Assembly (NCBI RefSeq): GCF_000190695.1
Contig: NZ_GL870929.1
Location: 1,956,784-1,988,783 of the forward strand
Direction: 5' to 3'
DNA from: Kingella denitrificans ATCC 33394
GTDB lineage: Bacteria > Pseudomonadota > Gammaproteobacteria > Burkholderiales > Neisseriaceae
DNA length: 32,000 bases
Position 1 is the stretch's first letter; each line of letters opens with the position of its first letter. Below the pieces are notes generated by a model that did not search any database, had not been told where the DNA came from, and saw nothing but the letters and a program-made list of their open reading frames with translations. Below, one piece after another: positions 24,017-31,464 of this stretch. Made by a program: the position numbers and the translations under genes.

Positions 24017-24069
24017 TTGGGGGTATTTTTTCGGGGTAGTTTTACGATACCCCCAAAAATACCCCCATT
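24015..24069. repeat. three ATACCCCC-motif copies at the int start/promoter (candidate arm-type sites)
   Basis: ATTTGGGGGTATTT (24015-28, inverted, overlapping the int ATG), ATACCCCCAAA (24047-57) and AAATACCCCCATT (24057-69). Confidence 0.65.
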
Positions 24070-24187
24070 CTTTGGTTAATTCAACAATGATTTATTGGAT
24101 GCTATTGAACATCTATGAAATAAGGGGGCTGCATGAAAGCCTTTATTGGCGGGGGATAGGCTGGTAAAATTGAACATCTTTGAACGT

Positions 24188-24218
24188 AAAAAAACGGCGT
24201 TGGAAAACACCGTTTTTT
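24188..24218 (-). terminator. terminator hairpin downstream of tRNA-Leu
   Basis: On the minus strand: AAAACGGTG-TTTTCCAA-CGCCGTTTTTTT, immediately 3' of the tRNA. Confidence 0.6.
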
Positions 24219-24224
24219 GCAGTT

Positions 24225-24309
24225 TGGTGCGGATGGAGAGACTCGAACTCTCACACCTTGCGGCGCTGGAACCTAAATCCAGTGCGTCTACCAATTTCGC
24301 CACATCCGC
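24225..24309 (-). tRNA. tRNA-Leu (anticodon UAG), 85 nt with encoded CCA
   Basis: Reverse complement: GCGGATGTGGCGAAATTGGTAGACGCACTGGATTTAGGTTCCAGCGCCGCAAGGTGTGAGAGTTCGAGTCTCTCCATCCGCACCA. The acceptor stem is GCGGATG/CATCCGC. The anticodon stem is CTGGA/TCCAG with loop TTTAGGT. It has a long variable arm and a GTTCGAGTC T-loop. Confidence 0.93.
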
Positions 24310-24443
24310 ATAGAACGGCGCATTATACGCGAGAGGACGGCAAATTGCAAAGCAGCCTGCAGAAGGTTGCAGGCATGAAAAAAACACCCGCACAAATGTG
24401 CAGGTGTCGGATTGGGTACCAAGGTTAATGGTAGTGGTTTGTG

Positions 24444-24917
24444 TTAGTCCTCTTGCGCACCCAGTTGCAAATAGTTTTCCAGGCCCATGGCTTCGATTTG
24501 TTCCAACTGTGTTTCCAGCCAGTCGATACGTTCTTCGTTTTCGTCTTTCTGTTTTTCCAGCAGTTGGCGCGAAACATAATCCTGCTGCGCTTCGCAAACG
24601 GCGATGGCTTCCACCAAGGCGGCGTGTTTTTCTTGTTCTTTGGCCAAATCGCAGCGGATGATTTCTTCCGGCGTTTCGCCAATCAGCAGCTTGCCCAGCT
24701 CTTGCAGGTTAGGCAGGCCTTCCAACAGCAGCACGCGCTCGATAATCGCATCGGCCTGTTTCATTTCCACGATTGATTGTTTGTAGAAATTACAGCCCAA
24801 CTCTTCAAAGCCCCAGTTTTTCAAAATGCGGGCGTGCAGGAAATATTGGTTGATGGTCACCAACAGCAGGCCCAAATTTTGATTCAAATGGCGGATAACT
24901 TGACGGTCTCCTTGCAT
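24444..24917 (-). CDS. bfrB: bacterioferritin subunit B
   Basis: 157 aa. MQGDRQVIRHLNQ...INQYFLHARILKNWG...IDWLETQLEQIEAMGLENYLQ. Confidence 0.9.
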   Translation of the reverse strand: MQGDRQVIRHLNQNLGLLLVTINQYFLHARILKNWGFEELGCNFYKQSIVEMKQADAIIERVLLLEGLPNLQELGKLLIGETPEEIIRCDLAKEQEKHAALVEAIAVCEAQQDYVSRQLLEKQKDENEERIDWLETQLEQIEAMGLENYLQLGAQED

Positions 24918-24929
24918 ACGGCCTCCCGA

Positions 24930-25394
24930 TTAGATTTGGCTTTGCAGATAGTTTTGCTCGCCCATCATTTTGATCAGACGCAATTGTTGCTCCAACCAGT
25001 GTGCGTGGTCTTCTTCAGTGTCTTTCAGCTGATCAACCAATAATTGGCGTGTTACATAGTCTTGGTTTTCTTCGCACAATTTGATACCTTTTTTCAGGTT
25101 TTCGCGCACTTCCAATTCGGTATCCAAGTCAAATTGCAGCATCTCGATGACGTCTTTGCCTACTTTAACGGGCGCAGACACCATTTTAGGCGTGCCGCCC
25201 AACATCAGGATACGGCGGATAAAGGCTTCCGCATGTTGTGTTTCATCTTCCATTTCATGGGCGATACGGTCAAACAGTTTGGTGTAACCCCATTCTGAAT
25301 ACATGCGGGAGTGGATGAAGTATTGGTCGCGTGCAGCCAGCTCGTTCGCCAACAAGAAGTTCATGTAATCGATAACAGATTGATTTCCTTGCAT
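24930..25394 (-). CDS. bfrA: bacterioferritin subunit A
   Basis: Trimmed to the ATG at 25394 (SD AAGGAAAT). [41 protein letters not shown]...[15 protein letters not shown] closely matches the Neisseria BfrA sequence as I remember it. Confidence 0.9.
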   Translation of the reverse strand: MQGNQSVIDYMNFLLANELAARDQYFIHSRMYSEWGYTKLFDRIAHEMEDETQHAEAFIRRILMLGGTPKMVSAPVKVGKDVIEMLQFDLDTELEVRENLKKGIKLCEENQDYVTRQLLVDQLKDTEEDHAHWLEQQLRLIKMMGEQNYLQSQI

Positions 25395-25529
25395 GATATT
25401 TCCTTTCAAAGGTTGTGTTGTTCAATGAAGGGCGCATTTTAGCAGCATGATTTCAAATTGGCAAAAAAATTATTTAAAATACAAACAATTATCAAGTATG
25501 CTAAACCGCGTAGTGGGAATGAAACAAAA

Positions 25530-25580
25530 TTGCGATAATAAAAAATATCGAATAATCAAAAATATATATTTGATAATGCT
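25530..25580. promoter_or_regulatory. candidate Fur-box cluster in the bfrA/dapA divergent region
   Basis: GCGATAATAAAAAATATCGAATAATCAAAAATATATATTTGATAATGC contains GATAAT at 25534-39 and 25572-77 and GAATAATC at about 25550. This resembles the GATAATGATAATCATTATC consensus. Confidence 0.4.
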
Positions 25581-25748
25581 TACTAAAGACAATTAGGAAC
25601 TCCATAGAGTAAATTTATCTTTACTTAATTTTACGCAAAATTCTGTTCCAAAGCGGCAAAAGCAGCCTGCAGAGATAATATTTTGCAGCAGCCCGAAAGT
25701 AGGCTACAATCCACCACATTTGCAACACCAAAAACGAAGGTGAAATTT

Positions 25749-26624
25749 ATGCTGACTGGAAGTTTGGTTGCACTGATTACGCCCATGCATGAAGATGGCC
25801 GCGTGAATTATGAGCAGCTTGAGACGTTGGTTCAATGGCATATCGACAACGGTACGGACGCGATTGTTTCCATGGGGACGACCGGTGAATCGGCCACATT
25901 GTCGGTGGACGAGCATTTGTCGGTGGTGGAAGCAACTATCCAATACGCAGCAAAACGTATCAAAATCATTGCCGGCACCGGCGCGAATAATACGCGAGAA
26001 GCCATTGAGCTTTCATTGGCGGCAGAACGGCTGGGCGCGGATTACACATTGTCCGTCGTGCCTTACTACAATAAGCCTTCACAAGAGGGTATGTACCGGC
26101 ATTTCAAAGCCATTGCCGAAGCGGCTGCTATTCCGATGATTCTTTATAATGTGCCAGGACGCACCGTGGTCAATATGAGCAACGAGACGATTCTGCGTTT
26201 GGCGCAAATTCCCAATATTGTCGGCGTGAAAGAAGCCAGTGGCGATGTGGCGCGGGCATTGTCGCTGTTTAAAGATGTGCCGGAAGATTTTGCCGTGTAT
26301 TCGGGCGACGACCCGACCGGCCTGCCGTTCCTGTTGTGCGGCGGACATGGCGTGATTAGCGTGGCGGCCAATGTGGCACCGGCAATGTTTGCCCAAATGT
26401 GCCGCGCCGCCATCGACGGCGATATTGCCAAAGCACGCGCGCTGAACGACCGTCTGATTCCTATTTATAACGTGATGTTCTGCGAACCCAGCCCGGCAGC
26501 GGCAAAATGGGCGGCGGAACAGTTGGGCGTTTGCGCATCGCACGTCCGCCTACCGATGCTGCCTTTGACGGCGGCAGGTCAGGAAAAAGTGCAGGCTGCT
26601 TTGCGTGCAGCGGCATTGGTTTAA
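25749..26624 (+). CDS. dapA: 4-hydroxy-tetrahydrodipicolinate synthase
   Basis: Trimmed to the ATG at 25749. [13 protein letters not shown]...[10 protein letters not shown]...YNVPGRT...VGVKEASGD contains the catalytic Lys motif. Confidence 0.93.
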   Translation: MLTGSLVALITPMHEDGRVNYEQLETLVQWHIDNGTDAIVSMGTTGESATLSVDEHLSVVEATIQYAAKRIKIIAGTGANNTREAIELSLAAERLGADYTLSVVPYYNKPSQEGMYRHFKAIAEAAAIPMILYNVPGRTVVNMSNETILRLAQIPNIVGVKEASGDVARALSLFKDVPEDFAVYSGDDPTGLPFLLCGGHGVISVAANVAPAMFAQMCRAAIDGDIAKARALNDRLIPIYNVMFCEPSPAAAKWAAEQLGVCASHVRLPMLPLTAAGQEKVQAALRAAALV

Positions 26625-26653
26625 TTTAAAGTTTAAAGAAGGTATAAAAACGC

Positions 26654-27781
26654 ATGAAAATGATGAAGCCATTGGCGGTAATGTTGTTAATCGCAGGAGT
26701 AAGCGGTTGTGCCAGCAAATCGGAAACGCCGAAATTGGATTACCAGTCGCAGAACAATAAAATCGTGAGCTTGGAAGTTCCTCCCGATTTGAACGACCCG
26801 CGCAACGGTGAACTGTATTCGCTGCCCGAAGGCACGGTTGCCCGTCCGGATGCCACTACCCAGCGTACCGGCGCGAATAGCGGCAAAAGCGTGCTAATGC
26901 AAGTGAAAAACGCACATATCGAACGCAGCGGTACACAGCGCTGGTTGGTGGTGCAAGGCAAAACGGCCAATGAAATGTGGCCCGTGCTGCGTTCTTTCTG
27001 GCAGGAAATGGGCTTTACCATCGCCTCCGAAGAACCGCAGGCCGGCCTGATGGAAACCGAATGGGCGGAAAACCGCGCCAAGCTGCCGAACCAAGGTTTG
27101 CGCCGTTTGTTCGACATGGTCGGCATGGGCGGTATTTACACCACCAGCGAGCGCGATAAATTCTTAATCCGCATGGAACGCAACCGCCAAGGCGGGCTGG
27201 ATATTTTCTTCACGCACAAAGGTTTGGAAGAGGTGTACAGCAACAAGCGCGAAGAAACGACCATGTGGCAGCCGCGCGCGAATGACCCGAATCTGGAAGC
27301 GGCATTCTTGGCGCGCTTCATGCAGTATGTCGGCGTTGACGAGGCCGAAGCGCAGCGCCAGGTGGCAGTACAGGCGGATAGGGACCAAGGCACCGAATTT
27401 GCCAAACGTGAGGCCAACACGGTTTTGATTACCGGCTCGGCAGAGCGCAACGTAAACCGCGTCGGTTCGGCATTGAACCGCATCGGTTTGGTGGTGCAGC
27501 AGTTTGTGAGCGAGCGCGGCATGTTTATCGTGCGCCCTGCGCCGACAGAAAACGAGGCATCGGCGAATGCGCCGCAAAAACGCGGTTGGTTCAGCCGCTG
27601 GTTCGGTTCGAACAAGCAGCCTGCAGAACAGCAGAAACCTGCACAGGCGGCGCAGTTGTTTGTGGCGCTGGAAAATGCGGGCAACGGCCAGCGGATTCAT
27701 TTGCTGGACCAGTTCGGCAAACCTTATACGGGCGAACAGGCCAACAAATGGTTGGACGCCCTGTACCGCGAATTGCGCTGA
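26654..27781 (+). CDS. bamC: outer membrane protein assembly factor BamC (NlpB) lipoprotein
   Basis: 375 aa. Lipobox LIAGVSG-C. It sits directly after dapA, as in E. coli dapA-nlpB, and has SFWQEMGF / ETEWAEN motifs. Confidence 0.8.
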   Translation: MKMMKPLAVMLLIAGVSGCASKSETPKLDYQSQNNKIVSLEVPPDLNDPRNGELYSLPEGTVARPDATTQRTGANSGKSVLMQVKNAHIERSGTQRWLVVQGKTANEMWPVLRSFWQEMGFTIASEEPQAGLMETEWAENRAKLPNQGLRRLFDMVGMGGIYTTSERDKFLIRMERNRQGGLDIFFTHKGLEEVYSNKREETTMWQPRANDPNLEAAFLARFMQYVGVDEAEAQRQVAVQADRDQGTEFAKREANTVLITGSAERNVNRVGSALNRIGLVVQQFVSERGMFIVRPAPTENEASANAPQKRGWFSRWFGSNKQPAEQQKPAQAAQLFVALENAGNGQRIHLLDQFGKPYTGEQANKWLDALYRELR

Positions 27782-27800
27782 TAACGGCATGAACACAAAG

Positions 27801-27836
27801 TGCAGGCTGCTTTCGAATCCGAAAAAGCAGCCTGCA
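27801..27836 (+). terminator. inverted DUS pair hairpin (terminator)
   Basis: TGCAGGCTGCTT at 27801-12 and AAGCAGCCTGCA at 27825-36, after bamC. Confidence 0.75.
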
Positions 27837-27897
27837 CTTTTTACGCCGCACGGCAATAATGCTAAAATCAACGCTCTTTTATTTTCAGAAAAACATA

Positions 27898-28413
27898 ATG
27901 CGATTTTCCATCAAATACTTGCCTGTGTATGCCATTATGGCGGACTTGCTGTTCACCGTGGGGCTCAACATCAAGGAAGCCCTGCTGCCCGACAGTAAGC
28001 CGCTGCCCGGCGACGGCCTGCCGATTGCGCCGGAGTTTGCATTCGGCTGGATACAGGTTGCCGTGAACGGCGGCATGACCTGCGTGCTCTTGTGGGCGAT
28101 GATTATGCTGATGCGGATGGACCGATACAGCGCGGCAGGCGAACGGCTGCTCATGACCATGCCGCGCACGCTGACGGCGCTGGTGGTGTTGGCATTCTCA
28201 CTGCCGTCTGCATGGTTGTGGATTTGGTCGGCATGGGTGTTTTTCAACACGGGGCAGGTGCTGGTTTCGTTCCATTCGTGGCATTACCTGCTGGTGGCGG
28301 CGTGCCTGCCGTATTTGCTGTGGCTGCTGCTGCGGATTTGGTGGCGGCAGCACCGTTTGCACCACCGCAAAGAGGAAGCGCAGTTTTCCGTGCAAACCGA
28401 GCCGTTGGAATAA
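27898..28413 (+). CDS. hypothetical inner-membrane protein
   Basis: ORF 27859..28413 trimmed to the ATG at 27898, because the upstream ATG lies inside a TGCTAAAAT -10-like box. It has 4-5 hydrophobic segments and a W-rich basic tail. Confidence 0.55.
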   Translation: MRFSIKYLPVYAIMADLLFTVGLNIKEALLPDSKPLPGDGLPIAPEFAFGWIQVAVNGGMTCVLLWAMIMLMRMDRYSAAGERLLMTMPRTLTALVVLAFSLPSAWLWIWSAWVFFNTGQVLVSFHSWHYLLVAACLPYLLWLLLRIWWRQHRLHHRKEEAQFSVQTEPLE

Positions 28414-28432
28414 TGGCCGCATCAAAAAGAAA

Positions 28433-28475
28433 AAGCAGCCTGCACTGTGGATATTGTTCCGAGTGCAGGCTGCTT
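28433..28475. terminator. inverted DUS pair hairpin (bidirectional terminator)
   Basis: AAGCAGCCTGCA at 28433-44 and TGCAGGCTGCTT at 28464-75, between convergent genes. Confidence 0.75.
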
Positions 28476-28489
28476 TTTTGCCGACCGTG

Positions 28490-28927
28490 TTACAAGGCTT
28501 CCGGATTGGCCAACCAGGCGGTTTGGTGCTGGCTATCCGCGTAAAATTCTTGTTTCCAAATCGGCACTTCTGCTTTCACCGTGTCGATAATGAAGCGGCA
28601 GGCGGCAAAAGCGGCATCGCGGTGGCCGGCGGTTACGCCCACCCAAACCGCCATATCGCCGATGTCCAAACGCCCCACGCGGTGCACGCAAACGGCATCT
28701 TCAATGGCAAACTGCCGTTTTGCTTGCTCAATCACCGCGTTGCCTTGCGACAGCACCAGTTCGGGATAGGTGCTGTAAATCAAATAGTCCACGTTTTTGC
28801 CGTCGTTGTGGTCGCGCACCCAGCCTTCAAAGCTGCAGAACGCGCCGCAGTTGGCTTTTTGCGTCAGTTGTTCGCGCAGGGCGTTCGGGTCGATGGCCTG
28901 CTCAGTAATGGCAAAATGTTCCGTCAT
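28490..28927 (-). CDS. moaE: molybdopterin synthase catalytic subunit
   Basis: 145 aa. GAFCSFEGWVRDHNDGK...VGDMAVWVGVTAGHR...VPIWKQE. Confidence 0.88.
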   Translation of the reverse strand: MTEHFAITEQAIDPNALREQLTQKANCGAFCSFEGWVRDHNDGKNVDYLIYSTYPELVLSQGNAVIEQAKRQFAIEDAVCVHRVGRLDIGDMAVWVGVTAGHRDAAFAACRFIIDTVKAEVPIWKQEFYADSQHQTAWLANPEAL

Positions 28928-28928
28928 T

Positions 28929-29177
28929 TCAACCTCCTGATACGGGTGGGATAAATGCTACGGTGTCGCCATCATTTAAAGCGGTTTGCCAGTCGCAAAA
29001 GGCATGGTTGACGGCGGCGCGCAGGCGTTCCTGCGGCAAATCGAAGGCATAAGCAGCCTGCAATTCGGCATACAGTTCGGCAGGCGTTTGCGCGGCGGTG
29101 GAGCGCGTTTCCTGTTCTTTGCCCGCCTGTTCGCGCAGGGCGGCGAAATAGAGAATGGTGATGTGTCGGGTCTTCAT
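28929..29177 (-). CDS. moaD: molybdopterin synthase sulfur-carrier subunit
   Basis: 82 aa, ends ...FIPPVSGG (C-terminal Gly-Gly). There is a 1-nt gap to moaE. Confidence 0.88.
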   Translation of the reverse strand: MKTRHITILYFAALREQAGKEQETRSTAAQTPAELYAELQAAYAFDLPQERLRAAVNHAFCDWQTALNDGDTVAFIPPVSGG

Positions 29178-29254
29178 GGTGCTAAGGGTGCGGCCTGCCC
29201 AAGAGGTGCAGGCTGCTTTTAGGGTGGGTTGGGGTTATCTGCCAAGCGCAAATA

Positions 29255-29743
29255 TCAAAACAGCCGTTGACGGTGCTGGTTCAGCTCGAAGCCGTGCCCG
29301 CTTTTGTTTTCGCAGCGGATACCGTTGGTGCTGCTGGAACACTGCCAGCCGTTGCCGCGCAGGGTTTCGCCATAAGGCAGGGCTTTGACCGGCCTGTGGA
29401 AAGTGTAATACGGGTCGCCGGAGCATTCGGCTTCACGTGCGGATTTGCCTGTGCTGTGCAGTGTAAACACCGTCAGGCTGTCGGTCGGGCAGCCTTTCGG
29501 GTGGGGCAGCTCGGGAATGGTGGCGTTGTCGCGGTACACGCTGCATGTCACGCCGTTGAAGCCTTTGAAGTCGGCAGTAGGATCGGTAGGCTCGTCGCCT
29601 CGGCAGCGGATGTTTTTGCTGGGCGATGTGAATTCCAGGTGGCCCAATACTGTATCGCGGTAGGCGCGGTTATCGGCATGGGCGGCGAGGGTGGTGCAGG
29701 CGAGCAGCAGGGCAGCAATCGCGCGGGGTGTCATGTTCATCAA
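29255..29743 (-). CDS. cysteine-rich secreted (possibly lipo-)protein, tandem paralog 1
   Basis: 162 aa. Signal MMNMTPRAIAALLLACTTLAAHA. Six Cys in the mature part. C-terminus GNGWQCSSSTNGIRCENKSGHGFELN. Confidence 0.7.
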   Translation of the reverse strand: MMNMTPRAIAALLLACTTLAAHADNRAYRDTVLGHLEFTSPSKNIRCRGDEPTDPTADFKGFNGVTCSVYRDNATIPELPHPKGCPTDSLTVFTLHSTGKSAREAECSGDPYYTFHRPVKALPYGETLRGNGWQCSSSTNGIRCENKSGHGFELNQHRQRLF

Positions 29744-29813
29744 CGTTTCTTCTTGTGGATAATGAAAGAAATGTGTCCTGGGGTGGCGTTATCTGCTCTG
29801 CTAAGCGCAAATA

Positions 29814-30302
29814 TCAAAACAGCCATTGACGGCGCTGATTCAGCTCGAAGCCGTGCCCGCTTTTGTTTTCGCAGCGGATGCCGTTGGTGCTGCTGGAACA
29901 CTGCCAGCCATTGCCGCGCAGGGTTTCGCCATAAGGCAGGGCTTTGACGGGCGTGTCAAAATTGTAATACGGGTCGCCGGAGCATTGGGCTTCGCGTGCG
30001 GATTTGCCTGTGCTGTGCATTGTAAACACCGTCAGGCTGTCGAGCGGGCAGTCTTTCGGGTGGGGCAGCTTGGGAATGGTGTTGTTGTTACGGTACACGC
30101 TGCAGGTTATACCGTTGTAGCCTTCGTAATCGGAATGAGGGTCGGCGGGTATATCGCCTTGGCAGCGGATGTTTTTGCTGGGCGAGGTGAATTCCAGATT
30201 GCCCAATGATGTATTGCGGTAGGCGCGGTTATCGGCGTGAGCGGCGAGGGTGGTGCAGGCAAGCAGTAGGGCGGCCAGTGTGCGGGGTGTCCTGTTCATC
30301 AA
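29814..30302 (-). CDS. cysteine-rich secreted (possibly lipo-)protein, tandem paralog 2
   Basis: 162 aa, same length as paralog 1 and offset by 559 bp. The C-terminal region of about 45 aa is nearly identical, while residues of about 30-115 have diverged. Confidence 0.7.
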   Translation of the reverse strand: MMNRTPRTLAALLLACTTLAAHADNRAYRNTSLGNLEFTSPSKNIRCQGDIPADPHSDYEGYNGITCSVYRNNNTIPKLPHPKDCPLDSLTVFTMHSTGKSAREAQCSGDPYYNFDTPVKALPYGETLRGNGWQCSSSTNGIRCENKSGHGFELNQRRQWLF

Positions 30303-30358
30303 CGTTCCTTTTGGCGGATAATGAAAAAAGCGTATTTTAGCGCAAATGTGCCGATGGT

Positions 30359-30835
30359 TTATCGGTTAAATTCACTTTTTCCGCCCGATTTGTGCAGCAG
30401 GCGGATATCGCCAATCACAATGTCGTGGCTCAACGCCTTGGTCATGTCGTACACGGTCAGCGCGGCGGCGGAAACGGCGGTCAGCGCCTCCATTTCCACG
30501 CCGGTTTTATGGGTAACGCCCACTTCGGCACGGATGTGCAGGCTGCTTTTATCCTCTTGATATTCCAAAAACAATTTGCAGCGTTCCAGCATCATCGGAT
30601 GGCAGAGCGGGATGATGCCGGCGGTATTTTTGGCGGCCATAATGCCGGCAATGCGGGCGATTTCGGTAATCGTGCCTTTGGCGGTCTGCCCGTGCGACGC
30701 TTGGATTTGCGCATACACTTCGGGCGGAAAATAGACCGTGCCCTCGGCAACGGCAATGCGTTTGGTGACGGATTTGTCGGACACGTCCACCATGTGCGTG
30801 TGCCCGTCTGAGGTTAAATGTGTGATTTGGCTCAT
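30359..30835 (-). CDS. moaC: cyclic pyranopterin monophosphate synthase
   Basis: 158 aa. LTHLTSDGHTHMVDVSDK...AGIMAAK.T..IIPLCHP...EMEALTA. Confidence 0.92.
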   Translation of the reverse strand: MSQITHLTSDGHTHMVDVSDKSVTKRIAVAEGTVYFPPEVYAQIQASHGQTAKGTITEIARIAGIMAAKNTAGIIPLCHPMMLERCKLFLEYQEDKSSLHIRAEVGVTHKTGVEMEALTAVSAAALTVYDMTKALSHDIVIGDIRLLHKSGGKSEFNR

Positions 30836-30849
30836 CTTTATTCTCCATT

Positions 30850-31464
30850 TTAAAGTGCAGGCTGCTTTTCGGCATGGTCGGAGGCAGCCTGCACGGCGCG
30901 TTCAAATTCTTCGGGCGTATTGAAATTGCAGAGCGCTGCCCATTCGGGCGGCAGCGGCACGGTTTGGTGCACCTGCTGCCGCACAAACTGCTGCACGCGC
31001 CGATTGCCGCTTTCCACCGCCGCGTGCAGGCTGCCTGCAATGCTGACCGACCAATGGGCGAGCAGTGGCAGAAGTTGCCCGCCGTCTTGCAGCAGGGTAA
31101 TGCCTTGTGCGAATTCCGGATGTTCGGCGGCAGTGTCCAGCAGTGCAATCAGCTGTTCCGGTAGCAGCAGTGTGTCGCACGACACAACATAAAGCCCTGC
31201 GCAACCTTGCCGTTTGGCTTCCAGCAGCGCAGGCAGGATGGCAGAGAGCGCGCCCTGTTTGCCGGGCAGGCAGTCGGGCAAGTATGCCGCGCCATCGGTA
31301 TCCGGATAGCGGAAATGGTCGGCGGCCAGCCACACGGGGCGGCAGGGCAGGGCGTTGTGTACCTGCCGCGCAATCAGCGTCTGCCCGCGGAACATGAGCA
31401 GCGGCTTCGGGCTGCCCATCCGCGAGCTTTGCCCGCCGCACAAGATGAGCAGGGGAGTGTTCAT
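30850..31464 (-). CDS. mobA: molybdenum cofactor guanylyltransferase
   Basis: Trimmed to the ATG at 31464 (MNTPLLILCGGQSSRMG...), giving a product of 204 aa. An ATGA overlap links it to the upstream gene. Confidence 0.8.
   Translation of the reverse strand: MNTPLLILCGGQSSRMGSPKPLLMFRGQTLIARQVHNALPCRPVWLAADHFRYPDTDGAAYLPDCLPGKQGALSAILPALLEAKRQGCAGLYVVSCDTLLLPEQLIALLDTAAEHPEFAQGITLLQDGGQLLPLLAHWSVSIAGSLHAAVESGNRRVQQFVRQQVHQTVPLPPEWAALCNFNTPEEFERAVQAASDHAEKQPAL

Larger units (their letters stand above)
19536..24224 (-). mobile_element. mini integrative island next to tRNA-Leu (int ... alpA); left border approximate
   Basis: A P4-type integrase sits beside the tRNA 3' end. All ORFs are co-oriented. 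The island carries TA debris, an alpA-type regulator and island-specific repeats, with only 2 exact DUS in about 4.7 kb. No distal att copy was identified by eye. Confidence 0.7.

Noticed and set aside
29267-30209. Plus-strand ORFs 29267..29947 and 29826..30209 across the tandem paralogs
   Set aside because: They are antisense to two minus-strand ORFs that have signal peptides, conserved Cys spacing and equal length. The duplicated antisense frames are a by-product of the duplication.
30549-31441. Minus- and plus-strand alternative-frame ORFs over moaC/mobA (30549..31148, 30902..31441, 30874..31164 and others)
   Set aside because: They overlap genes with clear MoaC and MobA motifs, and their translations are Arg/Ala/Cys-rich.
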